This document shows positions 29,286 to 38,591 of a DNA stretch of 64,000 nt, piece after piece. The stretch spans positions 3,366 through 67,365 of the forward strand of contig CAZROP010000003.1 of NCBI GenBank assembly GCA_964601935.1, written 5' to 3'. Below the pieces are notes generated by a model, which was not told where the DNA came from, did not search any database, and saw only the letters and a list, made by a program, of their open reading frames with translations. Each line of letters begins with the position of its first letter. Within the stretch, counting starts at the first letter, position 1. The position numbers and the translations under genes were made by a program. The stretch comes from an uncultured Candidatus Saccharibacteria bacterium. GTDB taxonomy: Bacteria > Patescibacteriota > Minisyncoccia > Phycocordibacterales > UBA1006.

Positions 29286-30797
29286 ATGAACAACAAAAAA
29301 TACACACAAGAAGACCTCAACAAAATCCTTTGGGACGCAGCGGATTCTTCTCGTACACAGGTGGATGCCGGAATCTACAAGGACTACGTGCTTGCGATTC
29401 TTTTCTTCAAATACCTGAGCGACCTCTCGAAGAAAAAGCTCAACGAGTACAAGGAGCGTTTCGGGAACGATGAAAAGCGTACCGAAGAAAAAATGAAGCT
29501 CGATCGATTCTATCTTCCTCCGAAGTCGTCATTTGATTACATCTATTCAATCATTGAGCAGGACAATCTTGGTGAGGAAATAAACAAAGCACTTCATCGT
29601 ATTGAGGATGCCAACAAGGAAAAGCTTGACGGTGTATTTTCTGTAGATTTCAACTCAGAATCAACTCTTGGAAAACTTGCGGAACGAAATAAAATGCTTC
29701 GTCATCTTATACAGGACTTCGCAAAGATGGATCTCGCTGATGTGAATGACGACATCATCGGAAATTCGTACATGTACATGATCGAACGCTTTGGAGCCGA
29801 TGCTGGTAAAAAAGCTGGAGAATTTTTCACTGTGCGTAACGTTGCAAAGCTTGTGGCAAAGCTCGCAGAACCAAAGGCCGGTGCTCGTATCTGTGACCCT
29901 TGTGCTGGATCTGGAGGCCTCCTCCTTCTTGCTGGTGAAGAAGTTGAAAAGCAGGGTTCAAAGAACTACGCTCTCTATGGACAAGAATCAACAGGTTCAA
30001 CATATCAACTCGCTCGTATGAACATGTTCCTTCACGGAAAGGACTCAGCACGTATCGAATGGGGCGACACGCTCAATAATCCACTCCTTGTAGAAAATGA
30101 TCAGCTCATGAAGTTCGACACGATCGTTGCGAATCCTCCATTCTCTCTCAAAAAATGGGGTGCCGAGCATGCTGATGCAGATAAGTACAAGCGATTCTGG
30201 CGCGGTACTCCACCAAAGGATAAGGGTGATTTTGCATTCATCGCTCACATGGTTGAAGCAGCAAAGCCAAAGACTGGTCGCATCGCAGTCATTGTTCCGC
30301 ACGGCGTTCTTTTCCGAGGTGGTGCCGAAGGTAAGATTCGCGAACAACTTCTTAAAGAGAACATTGTCGAGGCAGTCATCGGACTTCCTGCAGGACTTTT
30401 CCAGACAACTGGTATTCCCGTAGCTGTCCTTGTAATTGATCGTTCAAGAGAAAAAGGTGGAGCAAATGAAAACAAAAAAGATGTCTTCTTCATCGAAGCG
30501 TCAAAGGAGTTTAAGTCAAACAAAGCTCAGAATATTCTTACCGATGAAAATATCGAGAAGATTTACTCTACGTACAAAACTCGAAAGGACGTAGCGAAGT
30601 TCGCTCGCAAGGTAAGTCTCAAGGAAATCGAGGAGAATGATTTCAATCTCAACATCACTCGTTATGTGGACACATTCACAGAGGAAGCCCCCGTAGATAT
30701 CAAAGCAAACTTGAAGGAGCTTGCTGAGCTTGAGCCACAGCTCGAGAAGCTTGAGAAACAAATGGTCGTATATCTAAAGGAACTAGGAATCAAATAA
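29286..30797 (+). CDS. hsdM: Type I restriction-modification N6-adenine DNA methyltransferase subunit M
   Basis: The HsdM N-terminal domain (LWDAADSSR....YKDYVLAILFFKYLSD), the AdoMet motif I (CDPCAGSGG) and the catalytic NPPF (VANPPFSLKKW) are present. Confidence 0.9.
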   Translation: MNNKKYTQEDLNKILWDAADSSRTQVDAGIYKDYVLAILFFKYLSDLSKKKLNEYKERFGNDEKRTEEKMKLDRFYLPPKSSFDYIYSIIEQDNLGEEINKALHRIEDANKEKLDGVFSVDFNSESTLGKLAERNKMLRHLIQDFAKMDLADVNDDIIGNSYMYMIERFGADAGKKAGEFFTVRNVAKLVAKLAEPKAGARICDPCAGSGGLLLLAGEEVEKQGSKNYALYGQESTGSTYQLARMNMFLHGKDSARIEWGDTLNNPLLVENDQLMKFDTIVANPPFSLKKWGAEHADADKYKRFWRGTPPKDKGDFAFIAHMVEAAKPKTGRIAVIVPHGVLFRGGAEGKIREQLLKENIVEAVIGLPAGLFQTTGIPVAVLVIDRSREKGGANENKKDVFFIEASKEFKSNKAQNILTDENIEKIYSTYKTRKDVAKFARKVSLKEIEENDFNLNITRYVDTFTEEAPVDIKANLKELAELEPQLEKLEKQMVVYLKELGIK

Positions 30798-30801
30798 ATA
30801 T

Positions 30802-31302
30802 ATGGCAGATACAAAAAGACAAGTTTTCTATAGTTTCCACTATAAGCCAGATGCGTGGCGTGTTTCTCAGGTTCGAAATATCGGAACTATTGAGGGTAAC
30901 AAACCTGCTCCAGATAACGATTGGGAAACTGTTACAAAGGGTGGTGATGAGGCTATAAAGAAATGGATCAAAGACCAGATGAAGTATCGATCTTGCACTG
31001 TTGTTCTCGTTGGAAAAGATACTGCCAACCGAAAGTGGATAAACCATGAAATTGTCGAGTCATGGAAGGCTGGTATGGGTGTTGTTGCGATTCATATATA
31101 CGGTTTGAAAAATCACGACGGCTACATCACCACTCAGGGAAGTAATCCATTTGATTACATATCTTACGGAGACAAAAAGCTCTCTTCGATTGCCAAATGC
31201 TATAACCCTGCAGGAACCAATAGCAAAGAAAGATATGACTGGATTTCACGGAACATGTCAGCCATGGTCGAAGAAGCTGTAAAAATCAGAAATAACAATT
31301 AA
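30802..31302 (+). CDS. ThsB-like TIR-domain protein (Thoeris ThsB / DUF1863 TIR-like family)
   Basis: KRQVFYSFHYKPDAWRVSQVRN...CTVVLVGKDTANRKWINHEIVES...VVAIHIYGLKNHDGYITTQGSNPFDYISY aligns with my recollection of B. cereus ThsB (KRVFFSFHYQDVIDFRVNVVRN...VTCVLIGSQTFNRRWVRYEIMKS...IIGIHINAFKDKYGNIKSKGPNPFDYLGY). That includes the putative catalytic Glu in (Y/H)EI. Confidence 0.65.
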   Translation: MADTKRQVFYSFHYKPDAWRVSQVRNIGTIEGNKPAPDNDWETVTKGGDEAIKKWIKDQMKYRSCTVVLVGKDTANRKWINHEIVESWKAGMGVVAIHIYGLKNHDGYITTQGSNPFDYISYGDKKLSSIAKCYNPAGTNSKERYDWISRNMSAMVEEAVKIRNNN

Positions 31303-31307
31303 TATTT

Positions 31308-31712
31308 ATGAGTACAAACGAAAAAAGACTAAAGCATTTGGAACTGATACAAGGAGTGATAACGAGAATGGGTAGTAACCTATTCACTCTTCGTGGGTGG
31401 ATGATAACGCTCGTTGTTGGTCTCTCTGTGGCTTTCTTGGAAGTTGGCCGCAACGAGCTGCAAGTAATATTGGTTCTAGTTATTTTGATATTCTGGGTAC
31501 ATGATGCTTATTTTCTCTCCCTGGAGCGTGGATACCGATGCTTGTACAACAAAGTAAGGAAGTTGGATGAGGATGCTATTGATTTCTCAATGGATATTTC
31601 AGAGTTTGATGTTTTGAAAACAATATCAATTTGGTACTGCATGTGGTCTAAGACATTGTCCTTTTTCTATGTACCGACACTAATATTAATAGCCCTAATA
31701 AGTATATTCTAG
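31308..31712 (+). CDS. Small 3-TM membrane protein. Candidate pore-forming effector (SLATT-like?) of the TIR cassette
   Basis: 134 aa with an amphipathic N-terminal helix, TM1 (LFTLRGWMITLVVGLSVAFL), TM2 (VILVLVILIFWVHDAYFL), a ~45-aa loop and a C-terminal TM (FFYVPTLILIALISIF). It is tightly packed between two TIR genes. The effector role is inference. Confidence 0.45.
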   Translation: MSTNEKRLKHLELIQGVITRMGSNLFTLRGWMITLVVGLSVAFLEVGRNELQVILVLVILIFWVHDAYFLSLERGYRCLYNKVRKLDEDAIDFSMDISEFDVLKTISIWYCMWSKTLSFFYVPTLILIALISIF

Positions 31713-31714
31713 CC

Positions 31715-32401
31715 ATGGATACATCTCGAAAAATATTTGTTTGCTATAAATACAAAGATTGGGGTGTTCAGCCTCTTGTTGAATATACGCCGACAGAGGA
31801 CACAGACTATCTCCACACACCTCGACATTATGTCGATAAAATAATAGAAGTTGTTGGAGCTGATCATATCTATAAAGGAGAGCGAAGTGGTGAAAGTATG
31901 GGAGATTTGGCGGACGACACCATTGACTCAAAGCTCAAAGAGAAAATCTTCGACAGCTCTGTCACTGTCGTGCTGATCTCGCCAAATATGTTTGACAGGT
32001 CAACATTAGAAAAAGATCAGTGGATCCCTAACGAAATTTCCTACTCACTCCGCTATAAAACTAGAGGATATAGAACAAGTAATCCAAATGCGATGCTTGC
32101 AGTAGTTCTGCCTGATAGAAATGGTAGCTATGATTATGCTGTGGTCCATCAAAATTGTGTGACAACATGGCGCACAGATACCTATTTTACTATCCTGAAC
32201 GAAAATATGTTCAATAGAAAAAGCAAGAATCAAAGACCTTGTGGTACATGCGGCAGTCACCACCATTTTGGAGATGATCATTCATATATTCACCCAGTCA
32301 AATGGTCTGACTTCATTTCTAACCACAATATCTATATCGATCATGCTTTATCACTAAGAGAAAACTTGCATCATTTCGATATCACAAAAATGCACGATTA
32401 A
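31715..32401 (+). CDS. Second TIR-like (DUF1863/ThsB-type) domain protein with a Cys/His-rich C-terminal extension
   Basis: KIFVCYKYKD...SSVTVVLISPNMFDRS...QWIPNEISYSL follows the TIR-like signature (F.SY..D....VVLIS.N...S.W...EI.Y.L). The C-terminus is CGTCGSHHHFGDDHSYIHP. Confidence 0.5.
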   Translation: MDTSRKIFVCYKYKDWGVQPLVEYTPTEDTDYLHTPRHYVDKIIEVVGADHIYKGERSGESMGDLADDTIDSKLKEKIFDSSVTVVLISPNMFDRSTLEKDQWIPNEISYSLRYKTRGYRTSNPNAMLAVVLPDRNGSYDYAVVHQNCVTTWRTDTYFTILNENMFNRKSKNQRPCGTCGSHHHFGDDHSYIHPVKWSDFISNHNIYIDHALSLRENLHHFDITKMHD

Positions 32402-32406
32402 TCATT

Positions 32407-34077
32407 ATGAAAAAAAACTCTCAATTAAAACTACATATCTCCCTAAGCAAGGAACACAATAAGTATCAGTCCGACGTGGTCGATGCCTTTAAGGGTGTAG
32501 ATGTTTCCTTTGACGGTGGACTCATGAGGTTTTCTTCTGGTGAGTTGGCTATGCAGATCATGCTGGCTATCGGTACAGGTGTTATATCGAGTGCTATGTG
32601 GGACGTCATTAAAGCTGGAATAAAAAAGCTTTATAAGAAGTTCAATACCTCACGCATCACCCTCAGAGATTCAGATTCGATAATGTATACAATTAAGCCA
32701 GATTTCTCTGTAACTGTTTTAGTTGTTCCAGATAGAGCTAAGGAGTTTGAACATATTAAGACATTTGATGATCTTGTTATTTATTTTCAAAATAACTCCA
32801 ACCCAAAAAATAATACTGGTTGGCAATTAGTGCCAGTAAGCGATGTTTTTACGTTTGTGAAATCTTACGCGTTTTCTAGAGACAACCTAACTAATGGAGT
32901 ATTAACAGAAGAAAAGATTGGCAACATACACTATGGTGATATCCATGCCACATATACATCAGAAAATGTAGATCTATCAAAGATACAAATACCAATTGTA
33001 AAAGAGGCTAGTTTTAATCCTAAAAAAGAAGATCTTCTTAAGGATGGTGACTTGATAATGGCTGATGCTTCTGAGGATTATGATGGTATTGGCGTAACTA
33101 TTTCAGTTCATGGTATCGGCAAAAATAAAGTCGTGGGAGGTCTACATACTTTTGTACTTAGAGATGAAAAAGGTAAGACCAGTGAATACTATCGTCAATA
33201 TATTTTTCTAAATAGAGAGATCAGAAATAAGCTACAAAAAGTAGCCAACGGTGTTTCTGTGTATGGAATCTCAAAAACAGCTCTCTCAAAAATGGAGCTG
33301 CCGCTACCATCTCTGTCGGAACAAAATCGTATTGTCTCAGTCCTTGAAACTTGGGATAAATCAATCGAGAAGCTTGCTCAAAAAATTGAAGCAAAGAAGC
33401 AGGTCAAGAAAGCCCTGATACAGGATTTACTAACCGGCAAGAAACGATTACCGGGATTTAATAAAAATTGGGAAATCACTGAACTTAAAAAGATTGCAGA
33501 AATATTTTCTGGTGGCACCCCTGATACTGGCAATAGGGATTTTTGGGACGGCAATATAAATTGGATAACTCCAACTGAAATTACTAAAACAGGTAAATAT
33601 ATCATTCAGAAGACAGAGAAAAAGATTACAGATTTGGGTCTTAAAAATAGTTCTGCAAAACTACTCCCTAAAAATTCTTTAATTATATGCACCCGTGCGA
33701 CTGTTGGGGAATGTGCGATTTCTACATATCCCATTTCAACCAATCAGGGTTTTAAGAATCTTGTTCCAAAGAGTAATACAAATGTTGAGTACCTTTATTA
33801 TTTTATAAAATCAATTAAAAATAGGCTTATAAAACTAGGATCAGGCAGTACGTTCTTAGAGGTTTCAAAAGGTGATATTGAAAAGCTAAAAATACATTTA
33901 CCGCCTGTAGATGAGCAAGTCGCAATTGCCCAGATACTAGCGACGGCAGACAAAGAAATCACCGAACTCGAAAAGAAACTCTCAATACTCAAAGAACAGA
34001 AACGATACCTCCTCAATAATCTGATCACCGGCACGATCCGCACACCCGAAACATTATCAACCAAACTAACCCAATAA
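32407..34077 (+). CDS. hsdS: Type I restriction-modification specificity subunit, full length with two target-recognition domains
   Basis: The central conserved region LPLPSLSEQNRIVSVLETWDKSIEKL and the distal one LPPVDEQVAIAQILATADKEITELEKKL are present. The two variable TRDs give 556 aa. Confidence 0.85.
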   Translation: MKKNSQLKLHISLSKEHNKYQSDVVDAFKGVDVSFDGGLMRFSSGELAMQIMLAIGTGVISSAMWDVIKAGIKKLYKKFNTSRITLRDSDSIMYTIKPDFSVTVLVVPDRAKEFEHIKTFDDLVIYFQNNSNPKNNTGWQLVPVSDVFTFVKSYAFSRDNLTNGVLTEEKIGNIHYGDIHATYTSENVDLSKIQIPIVKEASFNPKKEDLLKDGDLIMADASEDYDGIGVTISVHGIGKNKVVGGLHTFVLRDEKGKTSEYYRQYIFLNREIRNKLQKVANGVSVYGISKTALSKMELPLPSLSEQNRIVSVLETWDKSIEKLAQKIEAKKQVKKALIQDLLTGKKRLPGFNKNWEITELKKIAEIFSGGTPDTGNRDFWDGNINWITPTEITKTGKYIIQKTEKKITDLGLKNSSAKLLPKNSLIICTRATVGECAISTYPISTNQGFKNLVPKSNTNVEYLYYFIKSIKNRLIKLGSGSTFLEVSKGDIEKLKIHLPPVDEQVAIAQILATADKEITELEKKLSILKEQKRYLLNNLITGTIRTPETLSTKLTQ

Positions 34078-34081
34078 ACAT

Positions 34082-37000
34082 ATGTCACTCACAAACGTAA
34101 ATTTCGATGAAGCCAAGCAGTCACAGCTCCCATTCGTTGAGCTCCTGTTGAACATGGGCTACACATATGTTTCTGTTGCCGAAGCGCTCAGACAGCGAGG
34201 TGATACTTCGAACTTCATCCTTGCTGACATTGCAACAGAAAGGCTCATGGAGATAAACGGTTACGAGGTTGATGGTACCGAATACAAATTCAGCGAGAAG
34301 GATGTACGAGATGCTATCGACGAACTTGAGCACATCCAGTATGAGGGACTTATTGATACCGCTCAGAAAGTTTACAACATAATCATGCCGACAAGCGGAG
34401 GTAAGACGATCAAGGTGAATCACGGGGGCAAGAAGGTATCTAAGAACTTTAAGTTCATCGACTTCGAGAACATCGAGAAGAATGCTTTTCATGTATCTGT
34501 GGAATATGTCGCTAGTGGCAAGCAGAATATTCGTCCTGATATCGTTGTTTTTGTAAACGGTATCCCTTTTGCAGTGATTGAGAATAAGAAATCTAGTGTT
34601 GCCGTAGCTGAGGCACTCAACCAAATGAACCGTAATCAGGGTCCAGAATTCTGTCCGAAGCTTTTTACCTATACTCAGTTACTCGTTGCGACCAATGGCA
34701 AGGAGTTGCAGTATGGGACGACTGGCACACCAAACAAGTTCTATGCAGTTTGGAAAGAGAAAGGCACAGATTTGAAAACACTCAATACTCAGGTGTCTAC
34801 CTTGATCAAAAAGAAAATTGAACCCACCGTATATGCACAGTTGTTGCAAGACCTGAACGGATATACTGATGGCCATAAACAGCGAACAAGTAGGCTTCCG
34901 ACAGAGCAGGATCGAGGAGTATTTTCGTTATTTGAACCAAAACGACTACTGGATCTGACCAAGAACTATATTCTGTTCGACGCAGGTGTAAAGAAACTCT
35001 CACGATACCAGCAGTATTTTGCTATTCACAAGATGCTCAAGCGTGTAGAAGAGGAGGAGATTACTGACCATGGCATTACTCGCCGTAAGGGCGGACTGGT
35101 GTGGCATACTCAAGGATCAGGTAAATCGCTGACTATGGTGATGTTTGTGAAGGCGCTCATTGAAGATCCGCATATCCTCAATCCTCGCGTGATTATTGTC
35201 ACTGATCGTCGGGATTTGGATAAGCAAATCAAAGATACCTTCAAAAACTGCAACCTCAAGAAAGAGGTTGTTCAGGCTACCAGCGGTCAAAACCTCATTG
35301 ATCTCATCAAGGAGAAGGACTTGTCCGTCGTCACTACGCTCGTTCAGAAGTTTGAATCAGCTGCAAAGAAGAGCGTGGGGTTTGTGGATGATGACAAGAA
35401 CATTTTTGTTCTCATTGACGAAGCACACCGAAGTCAGAACGGTATGGCAAACTTCGAGATGAATAGAATCATCCCGAATGCGTGTTACATCGGATTCACA
35501 GGTACTCCACTTATGAAGAAGGACCGAGAGAGTTGGAAGAAGTTCGGTGACTACATCGACAGGTACACGATCGATGACGCCTTGGCTGACAAGATTATTC
35601 TTCCGCTTATTTACGAAGGTCGATATGTCGACTTGATTCAGAATGCTGAACAAATTGATCGTAGGGTTTCCAGAATTACTGATGGCTTGAGTGATAAACA
35701 AAAGAAGGAGTTACAGAAATTTGCCGGGACAAAGCTGATCAAGAGTAACCCGAATAGAATTGCAGAGATTGCGATCGACGTCGAAAATCACTTCGTTCAA
35801 AATTTCCAAGGCACAGGGCTCAAGGCTCAGCTGGTCGCACCTTCAAAGTTCTCTGCTGTATTGTTTCAGAAGTCTTTTGAAGCAAGCGGCAAAGTCCGTA
35901 CTGCGGTAATTATTTCTGATGAACACGAGGATGGCGATGATGAAAACCTCCACAAGAAAGAGGTCGTTGGGTACCTAGAGGGAATTCGCAAGAATCATAG
36001 CAGTGTTGAGAAATACGAAAAAGACGTCGTCGATAGTTTTAAGTATAACGATGATGGTATCGAAATCATTATTGTGGTAGACAAACTACTTACAGGGTTT
36101 GATGCGCCGCGAAATACGGTACTCTACCTCGCGAAGGATTTACGAGATCATAACCTACTCCAGGCTATCGCTCGTGTGAATCGACTGTACGAGAACAAGA
36201 AAGAGAAGCCGAAGACCGCAGGATATATCATGGATTATTCTGAAAATGCAAAGAATATCGATACTGCAATGAAGCTCTTTGGCAACTATGATGAAGGAGA
36301 TGTCAGGGGAACACTTATTGATGTATCTGAGAAGATACAGGAGCTCGAACAGAGTTACTCGCTAGTTCATGATCTATTCAAGGAAATAAAGGGATCGTCT
36401 GACGATGAGGAGTATTTACAATTCCTGGCAGACCAGCCAAAAAGAGAGACATTTTACAAGACCCTTAATGCATTTATAAAGAATTTGAGTGAATGTTTTG
36501 TGCTGCAAGATTTTGTTCATGAGTTCAAGCATCTCGACCTCTATAAGCGTGAGTTAAAGAAGTTTGCTGAATTGCGCAAGTCGGCAAGTCTGCAGTATGC
36601 TGATCGTGTTGATTTACTCGAATACAAGCAGTCACTCATTAATATCCTCGATAGGTATGTGGATGCTCGTGGTGTCGAATTGCTCACAAAACAAGTCAAT
36701 ATTACAGACAGGGCACAGTTTGAGCAAGCGGTAGCTAACCTAGGGTCAGACAAATCAAAAGCGGAAGCAATTGCTGCACAAACCGAAAAAACTATCACAG
36801 AAAAGATGGATAGTGATCCTGAATTTTACGAGAAGTTTTCAAAAAAGATTTCAGAGATTCTGGAGAAAATGCGCCAAGGAAAGCTTGCTGATGTGGAAGC
36901 GCTGAAACAAATGAAGGTGATTAGTAGTGACGTCGTGAATAAAAAAGACGAAAGCCTGCCCGAGAAGATTGAGTCACAGAAGGGGGCAGACGTATTTTAT

Positions 37001-37273
37001 CGTAATATTCGAGCAGGGCTTGATGGACTGAATCTGGACGAGGACACCTATATCTCTATAGTTCTCGATATCTTTTCTATCATCAAGAATGAAGCAATTG
37101 TAGACTGGTACAAGAATGGCGATGTGAAGCGCAAAATACGAAACAGCATCGATGATTATCTGTATGATGTTGTAAGAGGTGAAAAAGCTATTGATATTGA
37201 TAATGATCGTATTAGATCGATTATAGATACTGTATTGCATTTGGCAGAACATAACTTCGAATTGTTCATCTAA
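34082..37273 (+). CDS. hsdR: Type I restriction enzyme R subunit (endonuclease/helicase)
   Basis: The N-terminal PD-(D/E)xK nuclease (RPDIVVFVNGIPFAVIENKK), SF2 helicase motif I (TQGSGKSLTMV), motif II (LIDEAHRSQ), QxxR, and the long C-terminal helical domain are present. Confidence 0.9.
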   Translation: MSLTNVNFDEAKQSQLPFVELLLNMGYTYVSVAEALRQRGDTSNFILADIATERLMEINGYEVDGTEYKFSEKDVRDAIDELEHIQYEGLIDTAQKVYNIIMPTSGGKTIKVNHGGKKVSKNFKFIDFENIEKNAFHVSVEYVASGKQNIRPDIVVFVNGIPFAVIENKKSSVAVAEALNQMNRNQGPEFCPKLFTYTQLLVATNGKELQYGTTGTPNKFYAVWKEKGTDLKTLNTQVSTLIKKKIEPTVYAQLLQDLNGYTDGHKQRTSRLPTEQDRGVFSLFEPKRLLDLTKNYILFDAGVKKLSRYQQYFAIHKMLKRVEEEEITDHGITRRKGGLVWHTQGSGKSLTMVMFVKALIEDPHILNPRVIIVTDRRDLDKQIKDTFKNCNLKKEVVQATSGQNLIDLIKEKDLSVVTTLVQKFESAAKKSVGFVDDDKNIFVLIDEAHRSQNGMANFEMNRIIPNACYIGFTGTPLMKKDRESWKKFGDYIDRYTIDDALADKIILPLIYEGRYVDLIQNAEQIDRRVSRITDGLSDKQKKELQKFAGTKLIKSNPNRIAEIAIDVENHFVQNFQGTGLKAQLVAPSKFSAVLFQKSFEASGKVRTAVIISDEHEDGDDENLHKKEVVGYLEGIRKNHSSVEKYEKDVVDSFKYNDDGIEIIIVVDKLLTGFDAPRNTVLYLAKDLRDHNLLQAIARVNRLYENKKEKPKTAGYIMDYSENAKNIDTAMKLFGNYDEGDVRGTLIDVSEKIQELEQSYSLVHDLFKEIKGSSDDEEYLQFLADQPKRETFYKTLNAFIKNLSECFVLQDFVHEFKHLDLYKRELKKFAELRKSASLQYADRVDLLEYKQSLINILDRYVDARGVELLTKQVNITDRAQFEQAVANLGSDKSKAEAIAAQTEKTITEKMDSDPEFYEKFSKKISEILEKMRQGKLADVEALKQMKVISSDVVNKKDESLPEKIESQKGADVFYRNIRAGLDGLNLDEDTYISIVLDIFSIIKNEAIVDWYKNGDVKRKIRNSIDDYLYDVVRGEKAIDIDNDRIRSIIDTVLHLAEHNFELFI

Positions 37274-37277
37274 CCTT

Positions 37278-37982
37278 ATGAAAGAATTCATATTTGGAAC
37301 GTTTATATATGAATACCAACTTTTAAAACAAGATCGTAAAACGCTCTCCCTCACTGTTACCCCAGACCTACGTATTATCGTTAAGTGTCCACAGGCTGCA
37401 GATGATGACCGTATTGAAGCCTTCTTACAAAAGAAGTGGTTCTGGCTTGAGAAGCAACTTTCGTTCTTTAAAAAGTATCAGCGCAAAATGTATGAAAAAG
37501 AGTATGTGTCCGGAGAAGGTTATTTGTATTTGGGTAGACAGTACAAGCTCATTGTTCGAAGGGCTAAAGAAGATTCCGTCTCTCTCACTCGTGGTCAGTT
37601 AGTTGTTCTTACGACAAAGTTAGTTACCGACGGAAAACACAACAAAAAACTTATTGAGGGTTGGTTTGCTGAGAAAACTAGCATCATATTTCAAGATAGA
37701 TTTACTGAAATGCTCAAACGCTTTGATTTTAAGAGTCTTCCAAGGATGTCCACTCGAGGAATGAAGAAGCGTTGGGGTAGTTTCTTGAACCAAGACAAGA
37801 TATTTCTGAATCCGAAACTAATCCACACCTCAAAGGACTGTATTGATTATGTTATCGTTCATGAACTCTGTCATATGAAGTACAAGAATCACGACAAAAA
37901 GTTCTTTGATTTCCTTGACCAAAAGTTTCCTAAGTGGAAAAAGGTAAAGGAAAAGCTTGAAATCATGGGTTCATACTTTTAG
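37278..37982 (+). CDS. YgjP-like (DUF45 / M48-family) zinc metallohydrolase associated with Type I R-M
   Basis: The HExxH motif (VIVHELCHMKYKNHDKKF) is present. The gene is translationally coupled 4 nt after hsdR. YgjP-like genes are a known accessory of hsdR loci. Confidence 0.7.
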   Translation: MKEFIFGTFIYEYQLLKQDRKTLSLTVTPDLRIIVKCPQAADDDRIEAFLQKKWFWLEKQLSFFKKYQRKMYEKEYVSGEGYLYLGRQYKLIVRRAKEDSVSLTRGQLVVLTTKLVTDGKHNKKLIEGWFAEKTSIIFQDRFTEMLKRFDFKSLPRMSTRGMKKRWGSFLNQDKIFLNPKLIHTSKDCIDYVIVHELCHMKYKNHDKKFFDFLDQKFPKWKKVKEKLEIMGSYF

Positions 37983-38061
37983 TAGATAATATGCTGAAAT
38001 TATTCCATTATTACTTAATATACCGTATACTAAAGAATATAAGCTAATCCACAAAAACGTT

Positions 38062-38463
38062 ATGAAAACAGGATACTTTGGGAATATAGAAGAGCTGACT
38101 ATCGAGAACACCAATTTTCGCCAGGTGCTGTATACCGCACAGCACTGCCAGTTGGTGCTGATGTCATTGTTGCCAGGAGAAGAAATAGGGATGGAAGTTC
38201 ACGAAGAAGGTGACCAGTTTTTCCGATTCGAGGCAGGACAGGGTCGCGTCATTGTTGACGATATGGAATACGATGTCGCAGACGGGGATACGGTTATTGT
38301 GCCCGCAGGTGCACAGCATAATGTAGTGAATACCTCTGATTCTGAATCATTGAAATTGTACACACTGTATACGCCACCACATCATATGGATGGCATAGTG
38401 CGTACAACACGTGTCGATGCAATGGACAACGAGGCAGAATTTGATGGTAGTACGACGGAGTAG
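38062..38463 (+). CDS. Cupin-domain protein
   Basis: Cupin motifs G(X)5HXH-like (GEEIGMEVHEEGDQFF) and the second motif (GDTVIVPAGAQHNVVN) are present. Confidence 0.65.
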   Translation: MKTGYFGNIEELTIENTNFRQVLYTAQHCQLVLMSLLPGEEIGMEVHEEGDQFFRFEAGQGRVIVDDMEYDVADGDTVIVPAGAQHNVVNTSDSESLKLYTLYTPPHHMDGIVRTTRVDAMDNEAEFDGSTTE

Positions 38464-38467
38464 GGGA

Positions 38468-38510
38468 AGAACACAAAAGCTGGTCCCATGGGTACCAGCT
38501 TTTGTGTTCT
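38468..38510. repeat. Perfect 17-bp inverted repeat with a palindromic loop and no U-tract
   Basis: AGAACACAAAAGCTGGT-cccatgggt-ACCAGCTTTTGTGTTCT. It lies immediately after the cupin stop. Confidence 0.45.
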
Positions 38511-38591
38511 GTATAGTATTACTTCAACGCATCCAGCAGAGATGCGACATACTATTGACTGATTATGTGTATGGCAGTAATATAATTATAT

